Source: Macrostomum lignano (lineage: Eukaryota). Taken from it: a stretch of 64,000 nt of DNA. The stretch's first letter is position 1, and every line of letters starts with the position of its first letter. The notes below the pieces were generated by a model. It was not told where the DNA came from. It saw only the letters and a list, made by a program, of their open reading frames with translations, and ran no database searches. The position numbers and the translations under genes were made by a program. This document shows, in pieces, positions 48,351-59,231 of the stretch. Where the stretch lies: the NCBI GenBank assembly GCA_002269645.1, contig NIVC01000100.1, positions 434,001-498,000 of the forward strand. The letters run 5' to 3'.

Positions 48351-48965
48351 GCATGGAGTCAGTGGAATGTACAGAATTGCTGTCACTACTGGTTGTGGGA
48401 CGATATCGCCAGGTGCCCTCTTGCTCTTGAATCGCTCCTGAATGGCAGCAAATGGTTCCTTGGAAACTGTAACATCGTTAAAGCTTCCATCCACACCCCG
48501 AAACTATAGTGGAGCTCTGGCTTAAATCTCCGAAACTTGAATGCAATCAAGTCACGTCACGCAAACTTGCAATCGAGTATTTTTATCTATACTAATTAGA
48601 CAATTTCTATACTGATTTCTAATTAAGGCATGTTCTCTGTGGTCAAATAATGGCCAAATGTTTGGCTTTTTCAACCGGCTGGATTATGGTTTGTGACAGT
48701 CTCAGCCTTTCTCTGCGTTTTGAGTTGTTTGTTTTGTGGGAAAAAGTAAGGCCTATACTGTCACGTTTCTTCTTGACTTTGTTCATTCGGTCATATTGTT
48801 TGAGTTTGAGTAAAGAGGGAAACCCATGCAGCTGCTCTATTGAATGGTGTAACACTGCAGAACGATATTCAAAATGTTGATCAAAACTAATAACAAATTT
48901 AAAACATATGTACGCTTGGGTTCTATAAGACGCAATTCTCCCCATTCCGCTGATTCCTGTGCACT

Positions 48966-48996
<31 letters not shown>

Positions 48997-50077
48997 CGTT
49001 CAGTCACACAAATTCAGGAAACTGCCCGTTAATATATCAAAACTGCATATCCCCTATAGCGTTTAGATCCTGCAGTGGAAAATCAATTAACTTTCAATTC
49101 GAAGCTTGGAACCCCTCTCGCCCTATCCTCAAAGCTTTTTGTCTTCGCAAAACATTTCACCCCTCTCTCCCTCCCCCCGCTCTCTCAAGTTCGATGCCCA
49201 ATGCAGCAGGTCTGTAAGCCTGTCATGTCTGCCATGGGAGAATGACGGTCTGTAGTTCAGTATTGACCCAAGCTCTGCCTGCTGACCTGATTGACTGAAG
49301 GCATCTGCATTAGCCATGCCGGTGGGAACAGACACACCGACGGTAGCCTTTGGACAAATCCTCAAGACTCTCTCTCTCTCTCCTCTCTGTCGTCTCTTTT
49401 CAAGCGAAAAAAAACAGCAAAGTAGATAAAAAGTTAAAGACAGAAGAAATCACTCTCTCTTTCTCTCTCTCTCTCTCCCATGGCAGTGATTGAAAAGTGA
49501 TGGCCAAATGCAGTTGGGCAGTGGAGCGCGGCGGTGAATCAATGCTGTGAGCTGCCTGACACTGCAGTTCCTTGACCGCCGAGAGGTCGGCTTCCCCCCC
49601 CCCGAGCTCTCCGTCTCGAGCAGGCCTGGCCATTTTCTCACACCAGTCGATTGAAGCCACACAGAAAATGAAAAGAACGAACTGAAGGGGGGTCTGAAGG
49701 GGGGTTAGAGAGGGAGAGAGATGGAGAGAAAAGGAAATCCCCCTCTCTCTCCTGTTACCCATTTCACTTTCTCCTCATGGCAGCCAACTTTTCCCAATAT
49801 TTTCTGATCCCATCAGTGAAGAATGAATGACAAGACAGAGCCGCAATGCACATGTGCTCATTTCTCTCTGTGAAATCCATGCACAGACTCCTAAGCGCAT
49901 GTATCCTTAATCGAGATTAACGACCCAGCATGACTGGAATCAAATACAGCTGACTGCTTGCTTTGAGCACTAATCCTGTCCACACGCTTCTTCAAGTCTG
50001 CTTGCTTGTTGGTCACCCATATAGATAGAAAATCTATCTTTTCTATATGAAAGTTCGGCCGTTATATAATCTCTCGA

Positions 50078-53000
50078 ATGCTGCAGGCTGTTCACTTTGG
50101 AATTCGTTACACAGGTGGGCACACACACAGAGACAGAGATGCGAGAGAGTAGCCTATAAATGACATCTCAGCTGGGCCAGCTGCTCTCAGCCTGCTGAGG
50201 TAGCGAAAGCTCATATTGAAATGTTTTTTGGCACTTAGCTGGGTAGCCTTGTGCTCCTGCTGGACTTGGCTACCTGCCGGTCCACTTACTGAGCCCTCTC
50301 TAGAGAGGGCAGTGTTCACGCTCTACCATTTTTCTACCATCTCTACCCTGTCTACCGTGTCTATCCTCTCTACCCTGTCTACCCTATCTACCATCTCTAC
50401 CTTCTCTACCCTCTTTAACCTGTCTACCCTCTCTACCCTATCTACCGTGTCTATCCTGTGTACCCTGTATATCTTATCTACCCTCTTTACCTTGTCTACC
50501 ATGTCTACCTTATCCAACTCTTTACTTTCTCTACCCTGTCTACCCTCTCTCTCTCTACCCAGTCTACTTTGTCTACCCTGTCTAACCTGTATACCCTCTC
50601 TACCCCGTCTACCCTGTCGACCATGTCTACCTTATCTACCTCTCTACCTTCTCTACCCTCTTTAACCTGTCTACCATCTCTACCCTGTCTACTCTCTCTA
50701 CCCTCTCTACCCTGTCTACCCTCTCTAACCAATTTACGTTACGTACCCTCCGGAACCCTACCCTCTCTACAAAAAACAGTTTATCTAGGATCAAGATCGA
50801 GGATTTCTCCCATTCCCCTTTGCCTTTATTCCTCAAACTCGCTCAGGCGACCGACTGCTTGACATCCCCTGCAAAGTGTGCGGCGACCGGTCCAGCGGCA
50901 AGCACTACGGCGTGTACAGCTGCGACGGCTGCTCCGGCTTCTTCAAGCGCAGCATTCACAAGGGCCGGGCGTACGCCTGCAAGGCCCAGGGCGACGGCAG
51001 GGACCGGTGCCCGGTGGACAAGACACACCGCAACCAGTGCAGAGCGTGTCGGCTGCACAAGTGCTTCGAGGCCAGAATGAATAAAGACGGTAGGCGCAGA
51101 GGGGGGACACGGAGTGGGAGAGTGACAGACACGGAAAGGGAGTGTGACAGACACGGAGTGGAAGAGTGACAGACACGGAGAGGAAGAGTGACAGACACGG
51201 AGAGGAAGAGTAACAGACACGGAGAGGAAGAGTGACAGACACGAAGAGGAAGAGTAACAGACACGGAGTGGAAGAGTGACAGACACGGAGAGGAAGAGTG
51301 ACAGACACGGAGAGGGAGAGTAACAGACACGGAGAGGAAGAGTGACAGACACGAAGAGGAAGAGTGACAGACACGGAGTGAAAGAGTGACAGACACTGAG
51401 AGGAAGAGTGACAGACACGGAGAGGAAGAGTGACAGACACGGAGAGGAAGAGTGACAGACACGGAGTGAAAGAGTGACAGACACTGAGAGGAAGAGTGAC
51501 AGACACGGAGAGGAAGAGTAACAGACACGGAGTGGAAGAGTGACAGACACGGAGAGGAAGAGTGACAGACACGGAGAGGAAGAGTAACAGACATGGAGTG
51601 GAAGAGTGACAGACACGGAGTGGAAGAGTGAGAGACACGGAGTGGAAGAGTGAGAGACACGGAGTGGAAGTGACAGACACGGAGTGGAAGAGTGACAGAC
51701 ACGGAGTGAAAGAGTGACAGACACTGAGAGGAAGAGTGACAGACACGGAGAGGAAGAGTGACAGACACGGAGAGGAAGAGTGACAGACACGGAGTGAAAG
51801 AGTGACAGACACTGAGAGGAAGAGTGACAGACACGGAGAGGAAGAGTAACAGACACGGAGTTGAAGAGTGACAGACACGGAGAGGAAGAGTGACAGACAC
51901 GGAGAGGAAGAGTAACAGACATGGAGTGGAAGAGTGACAGACACGGAGTGGAAGAGTGAGAGACACGGAGTGGAAGAGTGAGAGACACGGAGTGGAAGTG
52001 ACAGACACGGAGTGGGAGTGAGAGACACGGAGTGGAAGTGACAGACACGGAGTGGGAGAGTGACAGACACGGAGAGGAAGAGTGACAGAAACGGAGTGGA
52101 AGAGTGGCAGACACGGAGTGGGAGAGTGACAGATACGGAGTGGGAGAGTGACAGACACGGAGTGGGGAGTGACAAACACAGAGAGTGAGAGTGACAGATA
52201 ATGAGAAGGGGGATGAGAGGATGAGGATGAAAGGATGGGGATGAGAGGATGAGGATGAGAGGATGAGAATGAGAGGATGGGGATGATAGGATGGGGATGA
52301 GAGGATGAGGACAGTACACCCTCCCCCAACACCAAAGCGGTGCAGCACGAGCGCGGTCCCCGCAAAGGCAAGCCGCCGAAGTCGCCCAACAGTCTGACAG
52401 CGACGCAGCGCAGCTCATCGGCGGCCTGCCGCAGCCCCGCCATGGTCCCTGGTTCGACTCCGCCGCTTGCCCGACAGTCGTCGAGGACTTCAACACCAAC
52501 AGCATCGATGGCAGCAGCGGCAGCGGCGGCCAGTTGTCCTCAGCTGGTGCCGCCAGCGGCATTTTTTCAAGCCGCGGCGATGTCCAACCCGAGGCATCTG
52601 CAGGCGCCACCGCCTCCCCGCCGCCGCCCCCGCCGCCTCCGCTCTACCCGCCTCCAATGCCGCCAGCCTCTTCGGCAGCGGCTTATCTGCACGCGGCCGC
52701 AGGAGTTCCGCTGGTCCACGCGCTGATCTCCGCCGAGCTGCTCAACCGTTGGATGCCGCTGCAGACGGTCGGTGAGCAGCGGTCGCCGCCTCCAACACGT
52801 CAGCTCGTGTCCATCGCTTCCTGGTGCCGCAGTTTGCCAGCGTTTCTGCTGCTGCCGCGCGATGATCAACTGGCGCTGTTCCGGAATGCCTGGCGCCAGC
52901 TGGTGACCATTGCGACAGTGCAGGCACTCTGTCAGCAAGGAGCTGGCAGGGGTGGCGAAGCTCCTGATGAGTGCACCCGTCGAATGCTCGCTCGGGTTGG

Positions 53001-55132
53001 GACGGCAACTCCGGACATGCTGGAGTTCGCCTGTCTGAAGGCTGTGGCGCTGTTCAGAACTGGTGAGAGGGGGGTGGGAGAGGGGATGGGAGAGGGGATG
53101 GGAGAGGGGAGATGGGAGAGGGGAGATAGGAGATTGGAGATGGGAGATGGGAGATGGGAGATGGGAGATGGGAGATGGGAGATGGGAGAGGGGAGATGGG
53201 AGAGGGGAGATCCGAGAGGGGAGATAGGAGATTGGAGATTGGAGATGGGAGATGGGAGAGGGAGATAGGAGATTGGAGATGGGAGAGGGGAGAGGGGAGA
53301 TGGGAGATTGGAGATTGGAGATGGGATAGGGGAGAGGGGAGATGGGAGAGGGGAGATCGTAGAGGGGAGATGGGAGAGGGAAGAGGGGAGATGGGAGAGG
53401 GGAGAGGGGAGATGGGAGAGGGGAGATGGGAGATGGGAGATTGGAGATTGGAGATGGGATAGGGGAGAGGGGAGATCGTAGAGGGGAGATGGGAGAGGGA
53501 AGAGGGGAGATGGGAGAGGGGAGAGGGAAGATGGGAGAGGGGAGATCGGAGAGGGGAGAGGGGAGAGGGGAGATGGGAGAGAGGAGAGGGAGAGGGGAGA
53601 TGGGAGAGGGGAGAGGGGAGATGGGAGAGGGGAGAGGGGAGAAGGGAGAGGGGAGATCGGAGAGGGGAGATAGGAGATTGGAGATGGGAGAGGGGAGAGG
53701 GGAGAGGGGAGATGGGAGAGGGGAGATCGTAGAGGGGAGATGGGAGAGGGGAGAGGGGAGATGGGAGAGGGGAGAGGGGAGATGGGAGAGGGGAGATGGG
53801 AGAGGGGAGAGGGGAGATGAGAGAGGGGAGATGGAGAGGGGAGAGGGAGAGGGGAGATGGGAGATTGGAGATGGGAGAGGGGAGATTGGAGAGGGGAGAT
53901 CGGAGAGGGGAGATCGGAGAGGGGAGATCGGAGAGGGGAGATCGGAGATGGGAGAGGGGAGAGGGAAGATGGAGAGGGGAGATCGGAGAGGGGAGAGGGG
54001 AGAGGGGAGATGGGAGAGAGGAGAGGGGAGAGGGGAGATGGGAGAGGGGAGAGGGGAGGGGAGAGGGGAGAGGGGAGAAGGGAGAGGGAGATCGGAGAGG
54101 GGAGATAGGAGATTGGAGATGGGAGAGGGAGAGGGGAGAGGGGAGATGGGAGAGGGGAGATCGTAGAGGGGAGATGGGAGAGGGGAGATGGGAGATGGGA
54201 TAGGGGAGAGGGGAGATGGGAGAGGGGAGATCGTAGAGGGGAGATGGGAGAGGGAAGAGGGGAGATGGGAGAGGGGAGAGGGAAGATGGGAGAGGGGAGA
54301 TCGGAGAGGGGAGAGGGGAGAGGGGAGATGGGAGAGAGGAGAGGGGAGAGGGAGATGGGAGAGGGGAGAGGGGAGATGGGAGAGGGGAGAGGGGAGAAGG
54401 GAGAGGGGAGATCGGAGAGGGGAGATAGGAGATTGGAGATGGGAGAGGGGAGAGGGAGAGGGGAGATGGAGAGGGGAGATCGTAGAGGGGAGATGGGAGA
54501 GGGGAGAGGGGAGAGGGGAGAGGGGAGAGGGGAGATGGGAGAGGGGAGATGGGAGAGGGGAGAGGGGAGATGAGAGAGGGGAGATGGGAGAGGGGAGAGG
54601 GGAGATGGGAGAGGGGAGATCGGAGATTGGAGATGAGAGAGGGGAGATGGGAGAGGGGAGATGGGAGATTGGAGATGGGAGAGGGGAGATCGGAGAGGGG
54701 AGATCGGAGAGGGGAGATCGGAGAGGGGAGATCGGAGAGGGGAGATCGGAGATTGGAGATGGGAGATGGGAGATGGGAGATGGGAGATAGAAGATAGGGG
54801 AGGGGAGATGAATAGGGGGGTGCATGTATTGATGTATGATGTTGCAAACCAGCGCCATACTACCTGGTCAGCTGTTGAGATTGAAACGCTGAGAGCAGAT
54901 ATTGATTTTTTGTTCCACTTCAGACGGAGAGCATGAGATTGGAGAGTCGGCTCTGGTTGACACTCTGCAAGACCAGGCGCAGCTGCTGCTGGCTGAGTAC
55001 ACCAGGCACCACTACCCTAGACAGGTGAGACTCCTGCCTTTCCGGCTGGGGTTTACAAGAAAGTTGCAAAATGACTACTCAATAGTAGGATGCTCAGCAT
55101 CTTATAGAAGCTCGACAGACAGACAGACACCA

Positions 55133-55169
<37 letters not shown>

Positions 55170-55220
55170 CCAAGACAGACAGACAGACAGACACCAAGAC
55201 AGACAGACAGACAGACACCA

Positions 55221-55253
<33 letters not shown>

Positions 55254-55284
55254 CCAAGACAGACAGACAGACAGACAGACACCA

Positions 55285-55371
<87 letters not shown>

Positions 55372-55372
55372 A

Positions 55373-55419
<47 letters not shown>

Positions 55420-55810
55420 ACAGGAAACCCCTTGCTCCCCAAAGGCGGCCCGATTCGGCCGCTTGCTGCTCATGCTGTCTTCTCAGCCGCAGTCGCCAGT
55501 GGCCGTCAGTCAGAGCTCGGCCGACCAGTCTGCAGCTACAACTGACGCGGACAATTCAAGCCATCCTGATTGGTTCAGCGCTGACCAGCTTATTTCTGAG
55601 CTGTTCTCAGCTCCGCTAACACCGCACCAGCTACCTCCGCTGCCTTACAGCCTGTCCGCTGTAATCGGCACAGGTCTGTCAGTCGGCCCGTCTGTCAGCA
55701 TGCAACAGGCCATTGTTGGGGGAAGGAAATTTCTGCAACATCAGCAACATCAGCAGCAGCAGCAACAGTGCCGCAAACTATGCTCAACTATTGATCGCAG
55801 TGTGGTGTGA
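50078..55810 (+). CDS. dsf: NR2E nuclear receptor, dissatisfaction-like; exons 50078..50114 (tentative), 50847..51089, 52338..53062 (frame break near 52615), 54924..55024, 55445..55810
   Basis: [61 protein letters not shown]|[20 protein letters not shown] and RSIH are dsf-type rather than tailless-type residues as I recall those families. LBD motifs [42 protein letters not shown] and RFGRLLLML. Splice phases are consistent. Confidence 0.85.
50320..50770. repeat. CTCTACC/TCTACC-rich low-complexity repeat in NR2E intron
   Basis: Read directly. Confidence 0.88.
51100..52310. repeat. 22-bp minisatellite (GAGTGACAGACACGGAGAGGAA) followed by a GGATGA run in NR2E intron
   Basis: Tandem units filling intron 51090-52337. 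Confidence 0.95.
53065..54812. repeat. Polypurine GGGAGA/GGAGAT repeat filling NR2E intron
   Basis: About 1.75 kb, nearly all G/A on plus. Confidence 0.95.
55115..55422. repeat. (ACAG)n microsatellite in the last NR2E intron
   Basis: Read directly, with ACCA interruptions. Confidence 0.95.
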
Positions 55811-55964
55811 TGCTTTTAAATAACTGACTGGATTATAGAAACTGAATTGGAGGCAGTTAAAAATTTTTAATATGATTTTTTTAAATTTAGCATTCGATGT
55901 AACCCCATGCATATAATCTGTCTCTGCGTATTCCCCTATCTAATTACTATATAACCAGCTTCAT

Positions 55965-56820
55965 CTCGGCACCCCTAGAAACCCTAACAGTGGCCCTAGC
56001 AACCACTGATCTATTCTAGCAGCGACCCTAGCAACCACTGATCTATTCTAGCAGTGGCCCTAGCAACCACTGACCTACTCTAGCAGTGGCCCTAGCAACC
56101 ACTGACCTATTATATCAGTGGCCCTAGCAACCACTGATCTATTCTACCAGTGGCCCTAGCAACCACTGATCTATTCTAGCAGTGGCCCTAGCAACCACTG
56201 ACCTATTATATCAGTGGCCCTAGCAACCACTGACCTATTCTAGCAGTGGCCCTAGCAACCACTGACCTATTCTAGCAGTGGCCCTAACAACCACTGACCT
56301 ATTCTAGCAGTGGCCCTAGCAACCACTGACCTACTCTAGCAGTGGCCCTAGCAACCACTGACCTATTATATCAGTGGCCCTAGCAACCACTGATCTATTC
56401 TAGCAGTGGCCCTAGCAACCACTGACCTACTCTAGCAGTGGCCCTAACAACCACTGACCTATTCTAGCAGTGGCCCTAGCAACCACTGACCTACTCTAGC
56501 AGTGGCCCTAGCAACCACTGACCTATTATATCAGTGGCCCTAGCAACCACTGATCTATTCTAGCAGTGGCCCTAGCAACCACTGACCTACTCTAGCAGTG
56601 GCCCTAGCAACCACTGACCTATTATATCAGTGGCCCTAGCAACCACTGATCTATTCTACCAGTGGCCCTAGCAACCACTGACCTATTCTAGCAGTGGCCC
56701 TAACAACCACTGACCTATTCTAGCAGTGGCCCTAGCAACCACTGATCTATTCTACCAGTGGCCCTAGCAACCACTGACCTATTCTAGCAGTGACCCTAGC
56801 AACCACTGACCTAGCAACGC
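55965..56820. repeat. 32-bp minisatellite (CTAGCAGTGGCCCTAGCAACCACTGACCTATT)
   Basis: Tandem units read directly. Confidence 0.95.
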
Positions 56821-57499
56821 TCTTATAGCTACCACAAACTTATATTAGCAGCCTTCTTAGCAACGTTATTAACGCGTCATTAGCAACCACTAACACTCTA
56901 AGAAATGGCCCTAGCAACCAGCTGAATTTTGTTCTTTTCTGTGCACTTTAGACAACTAATTTTTTCTCAAGCGTCCGTAGAAACCATCCAACCATTTATT
57001 AAATATGCATAAATGTAATAATTATCACAAAAATCTCTTTTCGAATCAATGAATTGATTTTTAATGTCAAATCCTTTGCATTCTACTATTCAAGTAGTAA
57101 TGATGAAAAAACGTTACTAAATAACAATACTGTTTGATAAAATTGCTTAATAATTAATAATCATTAAAGTGCAGTGTTCCCTACATGTATGTGTAATTTG
57201 TAAGAAAACTCACTGCACTTTTATTTACTGGTATACATTGTTTTCTTGTTGTATTACAATGGCAACATCATTAGATTAATTGATACAATAAAATTTTAGT
57301 GATGAAAATAAAGCTATAACAAAAATTGATAATATAGCACTAGCTTTTTTATCTATGCTTCATTCTTTGTTAAAATAAAATTCACAATTTGAACAGCTTT
57401 AAATATCAAATATAGCAAATTTTAATCGTTTCACTCTTCATTGCTTTCTTGATCAAATCAACAAATAAAAATATATAGAATTCAAATTGCAATGGGTTT

Positions 57500-58155
57500 T
57501 CTTTCACTGGGATAGAATCCCCATCGAAAGAACCCAGATAAGTCTCACTTTCAGATGGGATAAAATCCACATCGATAGAACCCAGATAAATCTCACTTTC
57601 AGATGGGATAAACTCCCCATCGATAGAACCCAGATAAATCTCACTTTCAGATGGGATAAAGTCCTCATCGATAGAACCCAGATAAATCTCACTTTCAGAT
57701 GGGATAAAATTCACATCGATACAACCCAGATAAATCTCACTTTCAGATGGGATAAAATTCACATAGATAGAACCCATATAAATCCCAGTTCCCGATGGGA
57801 TAAAATCCCCATCGATAGAACCCAAATAAATCTCACTTTCAGATGGGATAAAATCCACATCGATAGAACCCAGATAAATCTCACTTTCAGATGGGATAAA
57901 ATTCACATAGATAGAACCCATATAAATCCCAGTTCCCGATGGGATAAAATCCTCATCGATACAACCCAAATAAATCTCACTTTCAGATGGGATAAAATTT
58001 ACATAGATAGAACCCATATAAATCCCAGTTCCCGATGGGATAAAATCCTCATCGATAGAACCCAAATAAATCCCAGTTCTCGATGGGATAAAATCCACAT
58101 CGATAGAAACCAAAGTAATCCCACTTCCCGATGGGATAAAATCCCCATCGATAGA
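57500..58155. repeat. 48-bp minisatellite
   Basis: ATCGATAGAACCCAGATAAATCTCACTTTCAGATGGGATAAAATCCAC units (16-codon periodicity in the ORF track). Confidence 0.93.
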
Positions 58156-58699
58156 GCTTAGATAATAGATCCCACTTCCTAAAGGGATAAATATCCCTAT
58201 TGATAAAGATCTGAATCCTAATTCCTACAGATAGACATACGTAAACTCCCTCCCGACAAAAACAATTCCTCTGTTTTATACGCATTGAGTAATGATGATA
58301 TATCAGACTTACAAAGTTACCAATGGTATTATTAACCTATTTACTATCATAAGGTAGTTGAGCGGCAAGTATTTTGAATTAACCTTCCGGATGGCCCAGT
58401 TCCAGCCCCCAACCCAAGCAATGGCTCCTCATAAAAAATAGTACGAGCTATAAACCGATAAGAGGTTTTTAAGCAACAGACAGATAAGAGGTCGCTAGAT
58501 TTTATTTTGGTTGGGGAGAGGAAAAACATTTCTAAAAGTATCAAGGCGCTCAGCTCATGGCTTCTTATCTAACATTATTTTTGTCTGATAATATTAGTAT
58601 TTGGCAGTCAAATAGGGGGATCATAACCTGTAGGAGAGCGGGAGACAGACTGCCCAGAAGTCACCTGACAGTTCCTGAAGAACTGTTTTTTAACCCGCA

Positions 58700-58930
58700 T
58701 AATCTAGCCTAGTGGTCAGCAGCGTCAGACTCACGACTTGAAGGTCGGGGGCTCGATTCTCGGTCCACTGGAACAGTTTGTGTCCTTGAGCACTTGACAA
58801 TTAACTCTGCATTGCTTCAGTTTACCCAGAGCTGTAAAATGGGTGCCAGCATTAGCTGGGGTAATTGACGGTGGTGTGGCGACCCCCCAGTCCTTGGACT
58901 GAACAGCCCAAGCTGTCGGTTGCACAAATG
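58700..58930 (+). mobile_element. tRNA-derived CORE-type SINE, copy 3
   Basis: TAGCCTAGTGGTCAG..GCGTCAGACTCACGACTTGAAGGTCGGGGGCTCGATT head, then TGTGTCCTTGAGCA..CAGTTTACCCAGAGCTGTAAAATGGGTGCC. Confidence 0.85.
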
Positions 58931-59231
58931 AAATAGGGCAGGTGAAAAAATGAAAAAATCTTACTTATATTAAGATTCTACTCGGATAGAAATTAATATA
59001 GTCAATTTAGCAGCGTAGATTAGGCTAGGGTAGGGTAGAGTAGGGTAAAGTAGAGCGGAGCATAGTAGAGTGGAGTAGAGTAGCAAAGGTAAATGATACA
59101 GTATACTCGTATTAGAGTAGAATAGGATTACAACTCTGGAATAGAGTACGGTGGAATAGCACATAAATATCTGATAATAAAATAGGAAACACGAGTAGCT
59201 CTTATATCGATCAGAGAACCAGATTGATCAG

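Noticed and set aside
49880-49990. Superficial resemblance to an 18S rRNA 5' end
   Set aside because: No sustained match to the universal rRNA motifs on either strand.
50843-54858. 500-760-aa minus-strand ORFs
   Set aside because: Antisense read-through of intronic repeats and GC-rich exons of the NR2E gene.
58700-58780. tRNA gene (also about 3830-3895 and 25160-25225)
   Set aside because: No complete cloverleaf or Pol III terminator; each continues into a shared SINE body.
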